Source of the DNA: Minisyncoccota bacterium
GTDB taxonomy: Bacteria > Patescibacteriota > Minisyncoccia > Phycocordibacterales > UBA918
Reading direction: 5' to 3'
DNA: 26,813 bases
Assembly: GCA_043786195.1 (NCBI GenBank)
Contig: JAYVWI010000049.1
Span: 1 to 26,813, forward strand
The notes beneath the pieces were generated by a model. That model was not told where the DNA came from and did no database searches. It saw only the letters and a list, made by a program, of their open reading frames with translations. Shown one piece after another: positions 9,003 to 17,379 of the stretch. Positions within the stretch are counted from its first letter, which is position 1, and each line of letters opens with the position of its first letter. Position numbers and translations under genes: made by a program.

Positions 9003-9755
9003 ATGACGAGTAGCCTCGAAATTAATGGTAAAAAGTTGCACAGCATAAAGTATGCTGCCACCCATTTTGGCTATTCCCGTGACTACGTTACTCGCCTCGC
9101 GCGGGAGCAAAAAATCATCGCCGCACAAATCGGTCGACAGTGGTTCATCGACATCGACTCGCTTGGTAGTTACTCGTCGACAATGGCACTTGAGCAAAAG
9201 GTTCGACAGCAACAGCTGAGTGAAGAGCGCAAGCGCGAACGTCAACTTACAGAACGTATCGAAAAGAACGAGATCGAGCGAGCTCACTACACGCGTCGGC
9301 TGGCGATACGTTCAAAAGTCGTCGCTGCCGCCGTCTTGCTTCTCGGTCTCACTAGTGGTGTGGCTATTGAACGGATTCCATCCGTCTCGGTGCAACTTAA
9401 CCGGCAGGTGGCGAGCGCGCCGTTCATGCAGTGGTTTCAAGGGAGCGCGAATCTAGAGCTCGCACCGCAGCCAAAAGAAAACCAGCCAACTCCGCAGGGA
9501 GCTGAGGTGGTGAATTTTTCTCATGAAGCGTTTCGACTATCGACAATGGCTGAGCCAACCGATGGCGTCCTTTTACTTCCGGCCGCCACTAGCGGCACTT
9601 CGTCTATCGATGTAAAAAAACTCTTTTCTGACGACGTCAGGATTTTGAAGGATGAAAATGGGCAAGAGTACGTTGCTCAGGTAAGCGAAAAAGGAGAAAC
9701 GATTCGAAAAATCGCCTTTGTTGTAGTGCCGGTTAGTACTGAAAAAACACCATGA
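9003..9755 (+). CDS. Second HTH-coiled coil-TM protein with extracytoplasmic C-terminal domain
   Basis: YSRDYVTRLAREQKIIAAQIGRQWFI motif, E/Q/R-rich coil, TM at about 9318-9368. TATAAT at 8982-8987. Confidence 0.78.
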   Translation: MTSSLEINGKKLHSIKYAATHFGYSRDYVTRLAREQKIIAAQIGRQWFIDIDSLGSYSSTMALEQKVRQQQLSEERKRERQLTERIEKNEIERAHYTRRLAIRSKVVAAAVLLLGLTSGVAIERIPSVSVQLNRQVASAPFMQWFQGSANLELAPQPKENQPTPQGAEVVNFSHEAFRLSTMAEPTDGVLLLPAATSGTSSIDVKKLFSDDVRILKDENGQEYVAQVSEKGETIRKIAFVVVPVSTEKTP

Positions 9756-10071
9756 GTATTTTCATTCGTAAAATTTCAGTGTTACTCCTGAGCCAGAACC
9801 TTCACCAACAGCAGATCCCGTTCCTGGTCTAGTACCAAGATATGCGCCCGAGCCAACTTCAAATCCAGACCTTGTCATATAAAATAAGTACCCAAACTCA
9901 CGATGAGGCCTTGAAACATATGGTTAGACCACAAAAGCGAAGGTAAGCGACGTATAACATACGTATGTATGTAGAAGGTTATGCACAGAAACCTTAGAAT
10001 TGTAGCCTAGAGGAGGATATAAGTTGATATTATGTAAGGAGTTCATGTAGCAGTAGCATTTAATTATCATT

Positions 10072-10785
10072 ATGAAAACATATTTAGCCAAAACAGAAGT
10101 TTTATCATACGCCGCCTTACAAGCATTGTTGTCAGCAATTCTTGTCCTCAGCCTTCTGTTCGCCGGTTTTATCGTCGCCGAGCCACGCATCAGTCACGGT
10201 CAATCAGACACTAAAACTTTCCGAATCCGTCAAACCATTACTGACGAGACATCTTTTTTTGTTTCACCGCCAAACGTCACGATGAACGGCTCAATCAGTG
10301 GTATTACTGGAGGAAATGCCACAGGTAGTTCACGTTTTGTTGTAAAATCAAACAACTCATCTGGCTACTACGTTGAAATTGCTTATTATAACAACCCCGG
10401 TGCGTATGCTATGTTTGGGGACAAAGACTCAGGCGAACAGCTGCGCGACTACGGTGGAGATGTGGCGGGTGAACCTTCGTACAACTTCACTGCCAGTACT
10501 GCCGCACAATTTGCCTACACGGTAAACTCATCAACAACTGGTGACACTGACGCTTCTTTCAAAAACAACGGTTCAGCGTGTAACACTGGTGCTACGCAGA
10601 CATTTGGTAAGTGTTGGAAGAAAGCAACAACTTCAGCTTTCCGTATCATCAGTCGTGCTACAGCCGCTACAGCTGGTGCAACTTCGACCGTTTACTTTAA
10701 GGTAAATGTACCGTCTGGCGCCGTCCCAATCCCTACTGCTCAGACCTACACTGCTACTGCTACCTTGTCAGTGTTTACCCAATAA
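10072..10785 (+). CDS. Secreted WxL-like/pilin-like beta-sandwich protein (putative major subunit)
   Basis: Long signal peptide (about 43 aa). GYYVEI and YTATATLSV resemble the two WxL-type strand motifs but lack Trp. Carries a C-x10-CW pair and is paralogous to 11848-12609. Confidence 0.7.
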   Translation: MKTYLAKTEVLSYAALQALLSAILVLSLLFAGFIVAEPRISHGQSDTKTFRIRQTITDETSFFVSPPNVTMNGSISGITGGNATGSSRFVVKSNNSSGYYVEIAYYNNPGAYAMFGDKDSGEQLRDYGGDVAGEPSYNFTASTAAQFAYTVNSSTTGDTDASFKNNGSACNTGATQTFGKCWKKATTSAFRIISRATAATAGATSTVYFKVNVPSGAVPIPTAQTYTATATLSVFTQ

Positions 10786-10806
10786 GGTACTCTGTAGTCA
10801 CACTAT

Positions 10807-11829
10807 ATGGCTACTTTTGCTCGGACATTTCTAGTTTTTGCATTGCTTATAACACCTCTCCAAGGAGAGGTGTTTGTGCGTGCGCAAGAAGCTTCCTCTA
10901 CCGCTTCTACGACACCTGTGGTCGCAGAGCAGCAAGGAAATTGGTATCGCTCTGAACGAATCGAAGGAAATATCGAAGTGGGGGACTTCGTGGTTGGGCC
11001 TGGCCGAGCAGAAATCACTGTTTCGCCCGGCGAAACAGTGATTCAAGAAATCACCGTCACCAACCGCATTAGCAAGAACCGTACCTTTAATCTTGAAGTA
11101 GAAGATATCACGGGTAGTGCTGATGGAAGTAGTGCCGTCAGCCTTACAAACGGCCAGCGTGGCCCGTATAGTATCAAAGACTACGTCTCATTCCCCCAAA
11201 AAAGTTTTACCCTAGACCTCGGTGAACGTGCTCGCATCCCAGTAAAAATCACCATCCCTGCCGACGCTGAGCCAGGTGGTTTTTATGGAAGTGTCCTGGT
11301 GTCTACCGACCGATCTCCAGACGAAAAAGCCGATGACGTTTCTCGTTCACCAGTGATTGCTCGGATTGGTTCTTTGCTTTTCGTTCGAGTTCGCGGCGAT
11401 GCCGAAATCGGCGGTCAAACCAAAAGTATCAGCACTGTGGGTGACAAAATGTGGTACGAAAAAGGTCCAATAAACCTCAGTATTGCCTACGAAAATACCG
11501 GAGTAGTTCACGTCAATCCTTATGGAGAGGTGTCTATTAAGAATATGTTTGGTGAGGAAGTGGGGTTTGTCGAACTCGATCCATGGTTTGTACTCCCTAA
11601 GTCGCTTCGTAGTCGAGAGTTTGACTGGGACAGAGAGTTCCTTCTTGGTCGCTACACAGTCACAGCAAAGATAAATCGGGGGTACGATAACAAAATTGAT
11701 GAAGTTTCAACAACCTTCTGGGTTTTGCCGTGGAAGATTGTTCTAGGAGCATTTGCTGTTCTCTTCATCCTCATCTTCAGTCTTCGTGCATTTTTCCGCA
11801 ATTTTGAATTTTCTAAAAAGAAGAAGTAA
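10807..11829 (+). CDS. DUF916/DUF3324-like (WxL-interacting-type) protein with C-terminal TM anchor
   Basis: Signal peptide; EITVSPGE...ITVTN, FTL..GER..IPVKITIPADAEPGG.YG, ENTG.VH..P.G, LGRYTV; ends FWVLPW-TM-KKKK. Confidence 0.75.
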   Translation: MATFARTFLVFALLITPLQGEVFVRAQEASSTASTTPVVAEQQGNWYRSERIEGNIEVGDFVVGPGRAEITVSPGETVIQEITVTNRISKNRTFNLEVEDITGSADGSSAVSLTNGQRGPYSIKDYVSFPQKSFTLDLGERARIPVKITIPADAEPGGFYGSVLVSTDRSPDEKADDVSRSPVIARIGSLLFVRVRGDAEIGGQTKSISTVGDKMWYEKGPINLSIAYENTGVVHVNPYGEVSIKNMFGEEVGFVELDPWFVLPKSLRSREFDWDREFLLGRYTVTAKINRGYDNKIDEVSTTFWVLPWKIVLGAFAVLFILIFSLRAFFRNFEFSKKKK

Positions 11830-11847
11830 ATCTTTTCGGTGAGACAT

Positions 11848-12609
11848 ATGAAACAGGACTTCACCAGATCCGTCGCTCTTGCCATCATCGCTACGGTAGT
11901 GGTTTTGTCTGGGCAACAGCTGAGTTTTGCAGCTGTGGCGTCAAGTACAAATTACAAGCTACAAAGCGACAGTATCAACTTTGGTGGCGGTTTGTCGACC
12001 TCAACCTCATACCGTCAGGAAAGTACTGGTGGTGAAGTGGCGACCGGAGAAGCAACGAGTACTTCATACAAGCTTAAGGCCGGCTATCAACAGATGCAGG
12101 AAGTGTATATCAGTATGACAGTACCAAGTGACGTCACGCTCTCGCCGTCGCTTGCTGGCCTCACGGGAGGTACCTCTAATGGATCAACTACGGTGACAGT
12201 GACCACCGACAGTCCAGCTGGCTATAGTCTTAGTATAAGAGCAGGAAATAACCCAGCTATGCAAAAAGGCGCCAGTACGATCGCTGATTACAATCAAGGT
12301 GTCGACGCAGACTATTCTTTTTCGGTTGTCACCAATGCTGCGAGTTTCGGGTTTTCACCATCGAGTGCGGACGTCGTTACTGCCTTTAAAGATAATGGCT
12401 CTTTGTGTGGCGTAGGTTCTTCTGATGCGCCACTCGCATGTTGGGCTGGACTCACTACATCTCCGATTATTATCTCTCAAGGTAGTGGCTCAAACCACCC
12501 AAGTGGCGCTGCTACCACGGTTAATTTTAGAGTTGGTATTGGAAGTGGTGCCGGAGTTGAGTCTGGTGTTTATACTGCAACCACAACTTTAACTGCTCTT
12601 CCGTTATAA
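11848..12609 (+). CDS. Secreted WxL-like paralog with N-terminal 3x19-aa repeat module
   Basis: ATG 11848 preferred over GTG 11839. GYSLSI, FKDNGSLC-x10-CW and GVYTATTTLTA align with 10072-10785. Confidence 0.72.
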   Translation: MKQDFTRSVALAIIATVVVLSGQQLSFAAVASSTNYKLQSDSINFGGGLSTSTSYRQESTGGEVATGEATSTSYKLKAGYQQMQEVYISMTVPSDVTLSPSLAGLTGGTSNGSTTVTVTTDSPAGYSLSIRAGNNPAMQKGASTIADYNQGVDADYSFSVVTNAASFGFSPSSADVVTAFKDNGSLCGVGSSDAPLACWAGLTTSPIIISQGSGSNHPSGAATTVNFRVGIGSGAGVESGVYTATTTLTALPL

Positions 12610-12616
12610 TAGAGAG

Positions 12617-14191
12617 ATGAGATTTTTACTCGCCCTGCTTTTTTGTCTTGTATTGCCGGCGACGGCAGTATTCGCCAATGATACCGGCGACTTCAACATT
12701 AGAGTATTTGGCTCTGATGACATCGTTGCTCCAACGACTCCTACACTTGCCCAACCGACCCCTATTTCCACTGACCAGATTGATATTTCTTGGTCGGTGT
12801 CCACTGACAATTTCATAGTATCGGGATATGTAGTATCTCGAAACGGGCTTCCAATTGCGACCACGACGCTCACAAATTATTCCGATACCGGTCTGGTCGC
12901 CTCCACGACATATACCTATGCTGTACGTGCATTTGATCCTTCCTTTAATTATTCAAGTTCATCAAACGCGCTATCGACGACGACATTTAAGATTCCGCCG
13001 CCACCGCCAGTTTCTGCTGGTGGAGCACAGAGTACCGCCACGAGAGTGAATCTAGACAAATTTATCGTCACTTCGGGCGTTTCAACCACTACGTTTTATA
13101 TCAAGACTTCTCATCCCGCTCGGTTTGAAATGAGATGGGGAAGAACTAGCTCGTATGAGCTTGGATATATTGCCAATACCAAATTCGTCAGTACGTATGA
13201 GACTACCTTGACTGGCCTTGAGCCAGCGACGACCTACGAATATGAGGTAATCGGGTATACGCCATTTGGAACTGCTTTTGTTCTAGAACGTGGCAAATTT
13301 ACAACTCTCGGCGAGGCTGGCGCGCAGTCCCCAGCGAACGTTAATCGCTTCAAGGCTGTCCCGAACGGACTTGACGTGCAGCTCTCATGGCAACTATCTG
13401 AAGCTGCCAAGTATCAATACGTTCGGATTGTACGAAACCACCTCGGTTTTCCGAGTCACTTGCAAGATGGTGCTATTGTCTATCAAGGAGACGGCACAAG
13501 CTTTACCGATAAAAATATTTTAAGCCAATATTCCCCCGTCTATTACACAGCATTTGTGATGGACGCTGCTGGAAATGTTTCTTCTGGTGCGATTGCAAAA
13601 GCTTATGTAGTAGACGGTAATCCTTCGACCGTAAAACCAAACCCAGAAGGGAAGCCAGATATTAAGCCTGCCGATGGTTTTACTCCTGCTGAAGAAGTTC
13701 CAGCGGGGACACGTATGCCAGATATGTCGGAAATATTCCTACATCAAGCCGACGTCCAGTATTCGTTTTCCAGTCAAAATATCGAACTCGACAGCAACCA
13801 ATACTTCACACTCTCCATCCCCAAAACCGCTGTTTCAGACAATTTGAAGACCATAGTCGTGACACTTACAGATCCAACGGACTCGAGGCAAACATCGTCA
13901 TTCTTACTCCGTATCAATAAGAATAAAACGGCCTACGAAGCAGTTATCGCCCCGCTAGGTTTAGAGGGCACCTCACGGATTTTGGTAGACATCTACGATT
14001 TTGACGCGAAAGTGATAGGAACATTCCAGAAAACAATTACCTTTAAAAATTTGTACAAGATTGGTGCGATGCCTATTTTCCCCGATCTCATTATTTACGG
14101 GTTGAAGCGATTTGCTCCAGTCGTAGCGCTACCGATATTAATTGGTGTGCTTTTCTTTTTCTATCGCCGCCGACACCGCGACCACGCTTGA
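12617..14191 (+). CDS. Multi-FN3/Ig-like surface protein with C-terminal TM anchor
   Basis: Signal peptide; FN3 motif APTTP...ISWS.STDN..V.GY...Y.DTGL..STTYTY.VRAFD; two more FN3-like domains; TM FAPVVALPILIGVLFFFY followed by RRRHR. Confidence 0.82.
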   Translation: MRFLLALLFCLVLPATAVFANDTGDFNIRVFGSDDIVAPTTPTLAQPTPISTDQIDISWSVSTDNFIVSGYVVSRNGLPIATTTLTNYSDTGLVASTTYTYAVRAFDPSFNYSSSSNALSTTTFKIPPPPPVSAGGAQSTATRVNLDKFIVTSGVSTTTFYIKTSHPARFEMRWGRTSSYELGYIANTKFVSTYETTLTGLEPATTYEYEVIGYTPFGTAFVLERGKFTTLGEAGAQSPANVNRFKAVPNGLDVQLSWQLSEAAKYQYVRIVRNHLGFPSHLQDGAIVYQGDGTSFTDKNILSQYSPVYYTAFVMDAAGNVSSGAIAKAYVVDGNPSTVKPNPEGKPDIKPADGFTPAEEVPAGTRMPDMSEIFLHQADVQYSFSSQNIELDSNQYFTLSIPKTAVSDNLKTIVVTLTDPTDSRQTSSFLLRINKNKTAYEAVIAPLGLEGTSRILVDIYDFDAKVIGTFQKTITFKNLYKIGAMPIFPDLIIYGLKRFAPVVALPILIGVLFFFYRRRHRDHA

Positions 14192-14263
14192 GGATAACAC
14201 TCCTCTCACCGACTCGTTTCATGCTGTATAGTTATGGTAGTTATTGTAATTATATAAATAAAT

Positions 14264-15289
14264 ATGGCGCGTGTAGCAATCAATGGATTTGGTAGAATCG
14301 GACGAACGTTTTTTCGTTCGGCATTTCAGCACCCAGATATAGAAATAGTAGCAGTGAACGACCTCGGTAGTATCGAAAACCTCGCGTACCTCCTGACATA
14401 CGACTCGGTTTATGGTCGGAGTCCTTTTGAAGTGAAAGTTGACGGCAAGGACCTGATTGTCGACGGAAAGAAAATTACCTTCTGCCAAGAAAAAGATCCA
14501 AGCATGTTGCCGTGGGGCCAGATGGGGATTGACGTTGTCGTAGAATCAACCGGATTTTTCACGACCTACGAAGGTTCAAAGAAGCATCTCCAAGCGGGTG
14601 CAAAAAAGGTTGTTATTTCGGCACCAGTAAGTGACGATCCGGAAGCCGCTGGTGTGACGGGCGCGACGGTACTTATGGGAGTAAACGACCAGCTTCTCAC
14701 CACCTGCCAGATTACATCGAACGCATCGTGTACCACTAACGCCACCAGTCCACTCGTGGCAATCCTCAAAGAAGTCTGTGGTATCGAAAAGGCGCTTCTT
14801 AACACCACTCACGCCTACACTGCTTCCCAGACGCTCGTGGACGGTCCAAGTAAGAAAGAATTTCGTGATGGTCGGGCAGCAGCGCTCAACATTATTCCGT
14901 CCTCTACCGGCGCAGCCAAGGCGACCACCAAAGCACACCCAGAACTCGCCGGGAAATTTGATGGTATTGCTATCCGCGTACCGGTACCGGTCGGGTCGCT
15001 ACTCGACCTGACATTTGTGGCGTCACGAGATACAACTGTAGAAGAAATCAACAACGCTCTCAAAGCCGCCGCCGCTGATCCAAAGTGGAAAAATATTTTC
15101 ACTGCCACCGAAGAGCCACTCGTGTCTTCTGACATCATCGGTTCACGGGTCGGTTCAATCGCGGATCTCTCATTCACTCGCGTCGTGGGCGGCAATCTTG
15201 TAAAAGTCTTTGCGTGGTACGACAATGAAACCAGCTACACTCAGACCCTCGTCGAACACGTCGCTGCTGCCGCACGAGCTTTAAAATAA
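14264..15289 (+). CDS. gap: Type I glyceraldehyde-3-phosphate dehydrogenase
   Basis: INGFGRIGR, VVESTG, NASCTTN (catalytic Cys), NIIPSSTGAA, WYDNE. Confidence 0.97.
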   Translation: MARVAINGFGRIGRTFFRSAFQHPDIEIVAVNDLGSIENLAYLLTYDSVYGRSPFEVKVDGKDLIVDGKKITFCQEKDPSMLPWGQMGIDVVVESTGFFTTYEGSKKHLQAGAKKVVISAPVSDDPEAAGVTGATVLMGVNDQLLTTCQITSNASCTTNATSPLVAILKEVCGIEKALLNTTHAYTASQTLVDGPSKKEFRDGRAAALNIIPSSTGAAKATTKAHPELAGKFDGIAIRVPVPVGSLLDLTFVASRDTTVEEINNALKAAAADPKWKNIFTATEEPLVSSDIIGSRVGSIADLSFTRVVGGNLVKVFAWYDNETSYTQTLVEHVAAAARALK

Positions 15290-15294
15290 AATAT

Positions 15295-15765
15295 ATGACC
15301 ACTCGTCCCGTCATTCATCTTGCTACTGACCACGCTGGGTTGGAGCGGAAGAATGAAGTGGCCGCCTGGCTTAAAGAAGCGGGGTATGTCGTCATTGATC
15401 ATGGAGCACATCAGTATGACGCGCTCGATGATTTTCCTGACTTCATCAAGCTCGCGGCGGAAGCTGTGAGTAAAGATCCAGTTAGCCGAGCAATTATTTT
15501 TGGTGGCTCAGGGCAAGGAGAGGCGATGGTGGCCAACCGCTATCCTCACGTCCGAGCCACGGTTTTTTACGGTGGCAACGAAGAGATTGTGACGTTGTCT
15601 CGCCAGCATAACGACGCGAATATTCTTTCTGTCGGGGTACGTTTTGTCAGTATCGAAACTCTCGCTAGAATTCTCCCAGGTTGGTTGAGTGAGACAGTAC
15701 TCGCTGACCCGAAGTACGAACGGCGTAATCAAAAAATTGAACGCCTCACCAAAAATCTAGAATAA
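15295..15765 (+). CDS. rpiB: Ribose-5-phosphate isomerase B
   Basis: DHAG, DDFPD, GGSGQGE..VANR, R.HNDANILS.G.R. Confidence 0.92.
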   Translation: MTTRPVIHLATDHAGLERKNEVAAWLKEAGYVVIDHGAHQYDALDDFPDFIKLAAEAVSKDPVSRAIIFGGSGQGEAMVANRYPHVRATVFYGGNEEIVTLSRQHNDANILSVGVRFVSIETLARILPGWLSETVLADPKYERRNQKIERLTKNLE

Positions 15766-15779
15766 ATTTTAATATTCAT

Positions 15780-16445
15780 ATGAGCATTCCAATTGTTCCC
15801 GCAATTATTCCAGCCTCTGAAGCCGAGGTCGTTGAAATGACCAAACAACTGCATTTTTCACACGAACTTCACCTTGATGTTGTTGATGGAAAGTTTGTGC
15901 CAAGCATTGCTTGGCCTTATGAACCCGCTGGGGAAGCTGTCGCCGTGAAGTCACATACTGACAAATACACTCTCGAAGTCGATTTGATGGTAGAGAATCC
16001 TACTGTCGCTGCCAAAGAGTGGGTGAAAGCTGGTGCTGATATGCTGGTGTTTCATATTGAAACTATCGACCTCGCTTCTTTTAAGGACGTTGTCATATAT
16101 GACATTCCGCGCTCTGTCTCAGTGGGAGTGAGCTGTAGCGGCGACACGTTGATTGAATCACTCTTTCCCTATGTTGAGCACGCTGATTATATACAAATAA
16201 TGGGGATTCATATGATCGGTCTCCAAGGGCAGCCATTTGATGAAAAGACGTTTGAAAAAATAAAGCAACTGAAAGAAAAATTTCCACACATACCTGTAAG
16301 TGTCGACGGTTCGGTGAATGAGAGTACGGTTGAGAGACTCGTAAAAGCTGGAGTGGATAGACTAATTGTCGGTTCAGCAATCGTAAAACAAGAAAATAAA
16401 GAAGAGGCCTATAAAAAATTGCGCGCACTTGTGGATGGTGTGTAG
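15780..16445 (+). CDS. rpe: Ribulose-phosphate 3-epimerase
   Basis: HLDVVDG.FVP, FH.E, MG...G.QGQ.F, VDG.VN, GSAI; operon context. Confidence 0.9.
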   Translation: MSIPIVPAIIPASEAEVVEMTKQLHFSHELHLDVVDGKFVPSIAWPYEPAGEAVAVKSHTDKYTLEVDLMVENPTVAAKEWVKAGADMLVFHIETIDLASFKDVVIYDIPRSVSVGVSCSGDTLIESLFPYVEHADYIQIMGIHMIGLQGQPFDEKTFEKIKQLKEKFPHIPVSVDGSVNESTVERLVKAGVDRLIVGSAIVKQENKEEAYKKLRALVDGV

Positions 16446-16462
16446 TGTTACGCTCTTTCGGT

Positions 16463-16471
16463 TGGTATACT
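16463..16471 (+). promoter_or_regulatory. Extended -10 promoter of the transketolase genes
   Basis: TGGTATACT, 10 nt before ATG 16482. Confidence 0.55.
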
Positions 16472-16481
16472 ACTCGTGTAT

Positions 16482-17378
16482 ATGAAGTACCTTACACCGC
16501 ACGAAGTGCAGGCTCTCGAGCTGACAGCTAATGAGATTCGGCAGGATATTATTGAAATGCTTACCGAAGCTGGTAGTGGCCACACGGCTGGCCCGCTTGG
16601 GATGGCTGATATATTTACGCTCCTCTACTTCGCGGTGTTGAAGCATGATCCAAAAAACCCCGACTGGGAAGAACGCGACCGAGTAATTCTATCCAATGGT
16701 CACATCTGTCCAGTGCTCTACGCGACCCTGGCTCGCGCGGGATACTTTGATGTTCACGAGCTGATGACGTTGCGCAAGTTTGGTTCGAGGCTTCAGGGAC
16801 ACCCTCACCGCCAGTCACTCCCTGGTCTGGAGACTAGCTCTGGTCCTCTAGGGTCTGGTCTTTCACAAGCTATCGGGATGGCACTGGCCGAGCGTATGAA
16901 TAATCCTTATTCTTCAAAGTTTTTCTATTGTCTGTGTGGTGATGGGGAGCTTGATGAGGGGCAGATATGGGAAGCGGCGATGTTGGCCGGTAAGGAACAG
17001 CTTAATAATTTAATTGTTATTATTGACCGCAACGGTATCCAGATTGATGGCTTCACTAAAGACGTAATGCCGCTAGAGCCACTGGCTGATAAATTCCAAG
17101 CCTTTGGGTTTGATGTGCAAGAAGTCGATGGACACAATATTCGTTCTGTAAATGACGCAATCGGAAAAGCCCAATCAATCTACGGAATGCCGTCAGTAAT
17201 CATTGCACACACTATCGCCGCCAAAGGTGTCGACGTCTTTGAACGGGACTTCCGTTGGCATGGTAACCCTCCAGGCAAAGGCCCAGAAGACAGGGTGCCA
17301 CGAAGTGAGCAGGCAGAAGTCGCTCTCCAAAAACTCCGCACTTTAGCCGGCATGATTCAATCACAAGACCACTCATAA
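16482..17378 (+). CDS. tkt: Transketolase, N-terminal (ThDP-binding) subunit
   Basis: GSGH, RDRVILSNGH, LQGHP, SGPLGSGL, GDGELDEGQ.WEA...DRN.IQIDG. Start taken as ATG 16482. Confidence 0.93.
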   Translation: MKYLTPHEVQALELTANEIRQDIIEMLTEAGSGHTAGPLGMADIFTLLYFAVLKHDPKNPDWEERDRVILSNGHICPVLYATLARAGYFDVHELMTLRKFGSRLQGHPHRQSLPGLETSSGPLGSGLSQAIGMALAERMNNPYSSKFFYCLCGDGELDEGQIWEAAMLAGKEQLNNLIVIIDRNGIQIDGFTKDVMPLEPLADKFQAFGFDVQEVDGHNIRSVNDAIGKAQSIYGMPSVIIAHTIAAKGVDVFERDFRWHGNPPGKGPEDRVPRSEQAEVALQKLRTLAGMIQSQDHS

Positions 17379-17379
17379 T

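Noticed and set aside
9771-9777. Programmed -1 frameshift at AAATTTC joining the two small frames
   Set aside because: The heptamer is out of phase with the ATG-9752 frame.
7653-10071. Replication origin (DnaA boxes)
   Set aside because: Boxes are single and dispersed over 2.3 kb, with no cluster, unwinding element or dnaA/dnaN nearby.
9924-10190. 88-aa minus-strand ORF
   Set aside because: Overlaps the start of the 10072 gene and its AT-rich leader, and has no protein-like features.
10072-10200. Type IV prepilin signal on the WxL-like protein
   Set aside because: No G|F-x-x-x-E class III motif. It looks like a long Sec-type signal.
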